A DNA stretch of 64,000 bases from Octopus vulgaris (taxonomy: Eukaryota): assembly GCA_951406725.2 (NCBI GenBank), contig OX597825.1, positions 6,820,001 to 6,884,000 on the forward strand. Direction: 5' to 3'. Position 1 is the stretch's first letter, and every line of letters begins with the position of its first letter. The notes beneath the pieces are model-generated. The model was given only the letters and a program-made list of their open reading frames with translations, was not told the origin of the DNA and searched no databases. Made by a program: the position numbers and the translations under genes. Shown here in pieces: positions 63,640-64,000 of the stretch.

Positions 63640-64000
63640 ATGCTCTGATGCAGTACCATGCCCTGATACAGTACCAGGCAGTGGCTCTCATGGCTTCTGA
63701 TTGGAAGTGCTATCATGTACATCCTTTTGTCATTGTATAAAAAATGGTCTACAGCAAATATTCTGCTCAATACCACAGATTTGCTAGTCAGTTGTTTGAC
63801 CATAACCGGTTGAGCATGTCCTTTGGTGGCTGATGATATGTGCATCTCTGATCACAAGCAGAAGTAGTGGGGGAGCATCATAGACATGTGTTGAGATGGA
63901 TTCTTTGGCGGTTTGAATAATTCACCTCTGGAAACATGGATGTTTCATTCAACATCCCTAAACAACCCTTATTCAAGGACCATTTGAGTGAAATGGGCTA
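63640..64000 (+). mobile_element. Unclassified interspersed repeat (same family as 21702-22147), runs off the window
   Basis: 63760-64000 aligns to the reverse complement of 21908-22147. Confidence 0.7.

Overview
This is AT-rich, microsatellite-saturated eukaryotic DNA. Its repeat repertoire (tRNA-derived CORE-like and Nin/Deu-like SINEs, RTE/CR1/R4 LINE remnants, (AT)n/(GAT)n/(AAT)n arrays) suggests an octopus or other coleoid cephalopod genome; this is an inference, as no database search was run. Almost all ORFs in the supplied track are microsatellite or repeat artefacts. The only convincing host coding sequence is one 125-nt minus-strand exon (54102-53978) encoding the first half of a Dpr/ZIG-8-like Ig domain, so the rest of the window is probably giant intron. 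The most interesting signal is a short non-autonomous element present twice (21502-22403 and 46989-47337), each copy with its own target-site duplication. It joins a tRNA-like Pol III head, an (AAT)n tract and a Penelope-type tail carrying a minimal type I hammerhead ribozyme, and has an inverted copy of that tail at its 5' end. A second, unrelated hammerhead-bearing inverted repeat lies at 29462-29720. Other notable items: a 148-bp duplication around a nested SINE, a SINE inserted twice at the same site of its own family, module-shuffled SINEs, and a variable 66-bp tandem array inside an RTE 3' UTR. Repeat boundaries were read by eye and are approximate unless a TSD or TIR is quoted.
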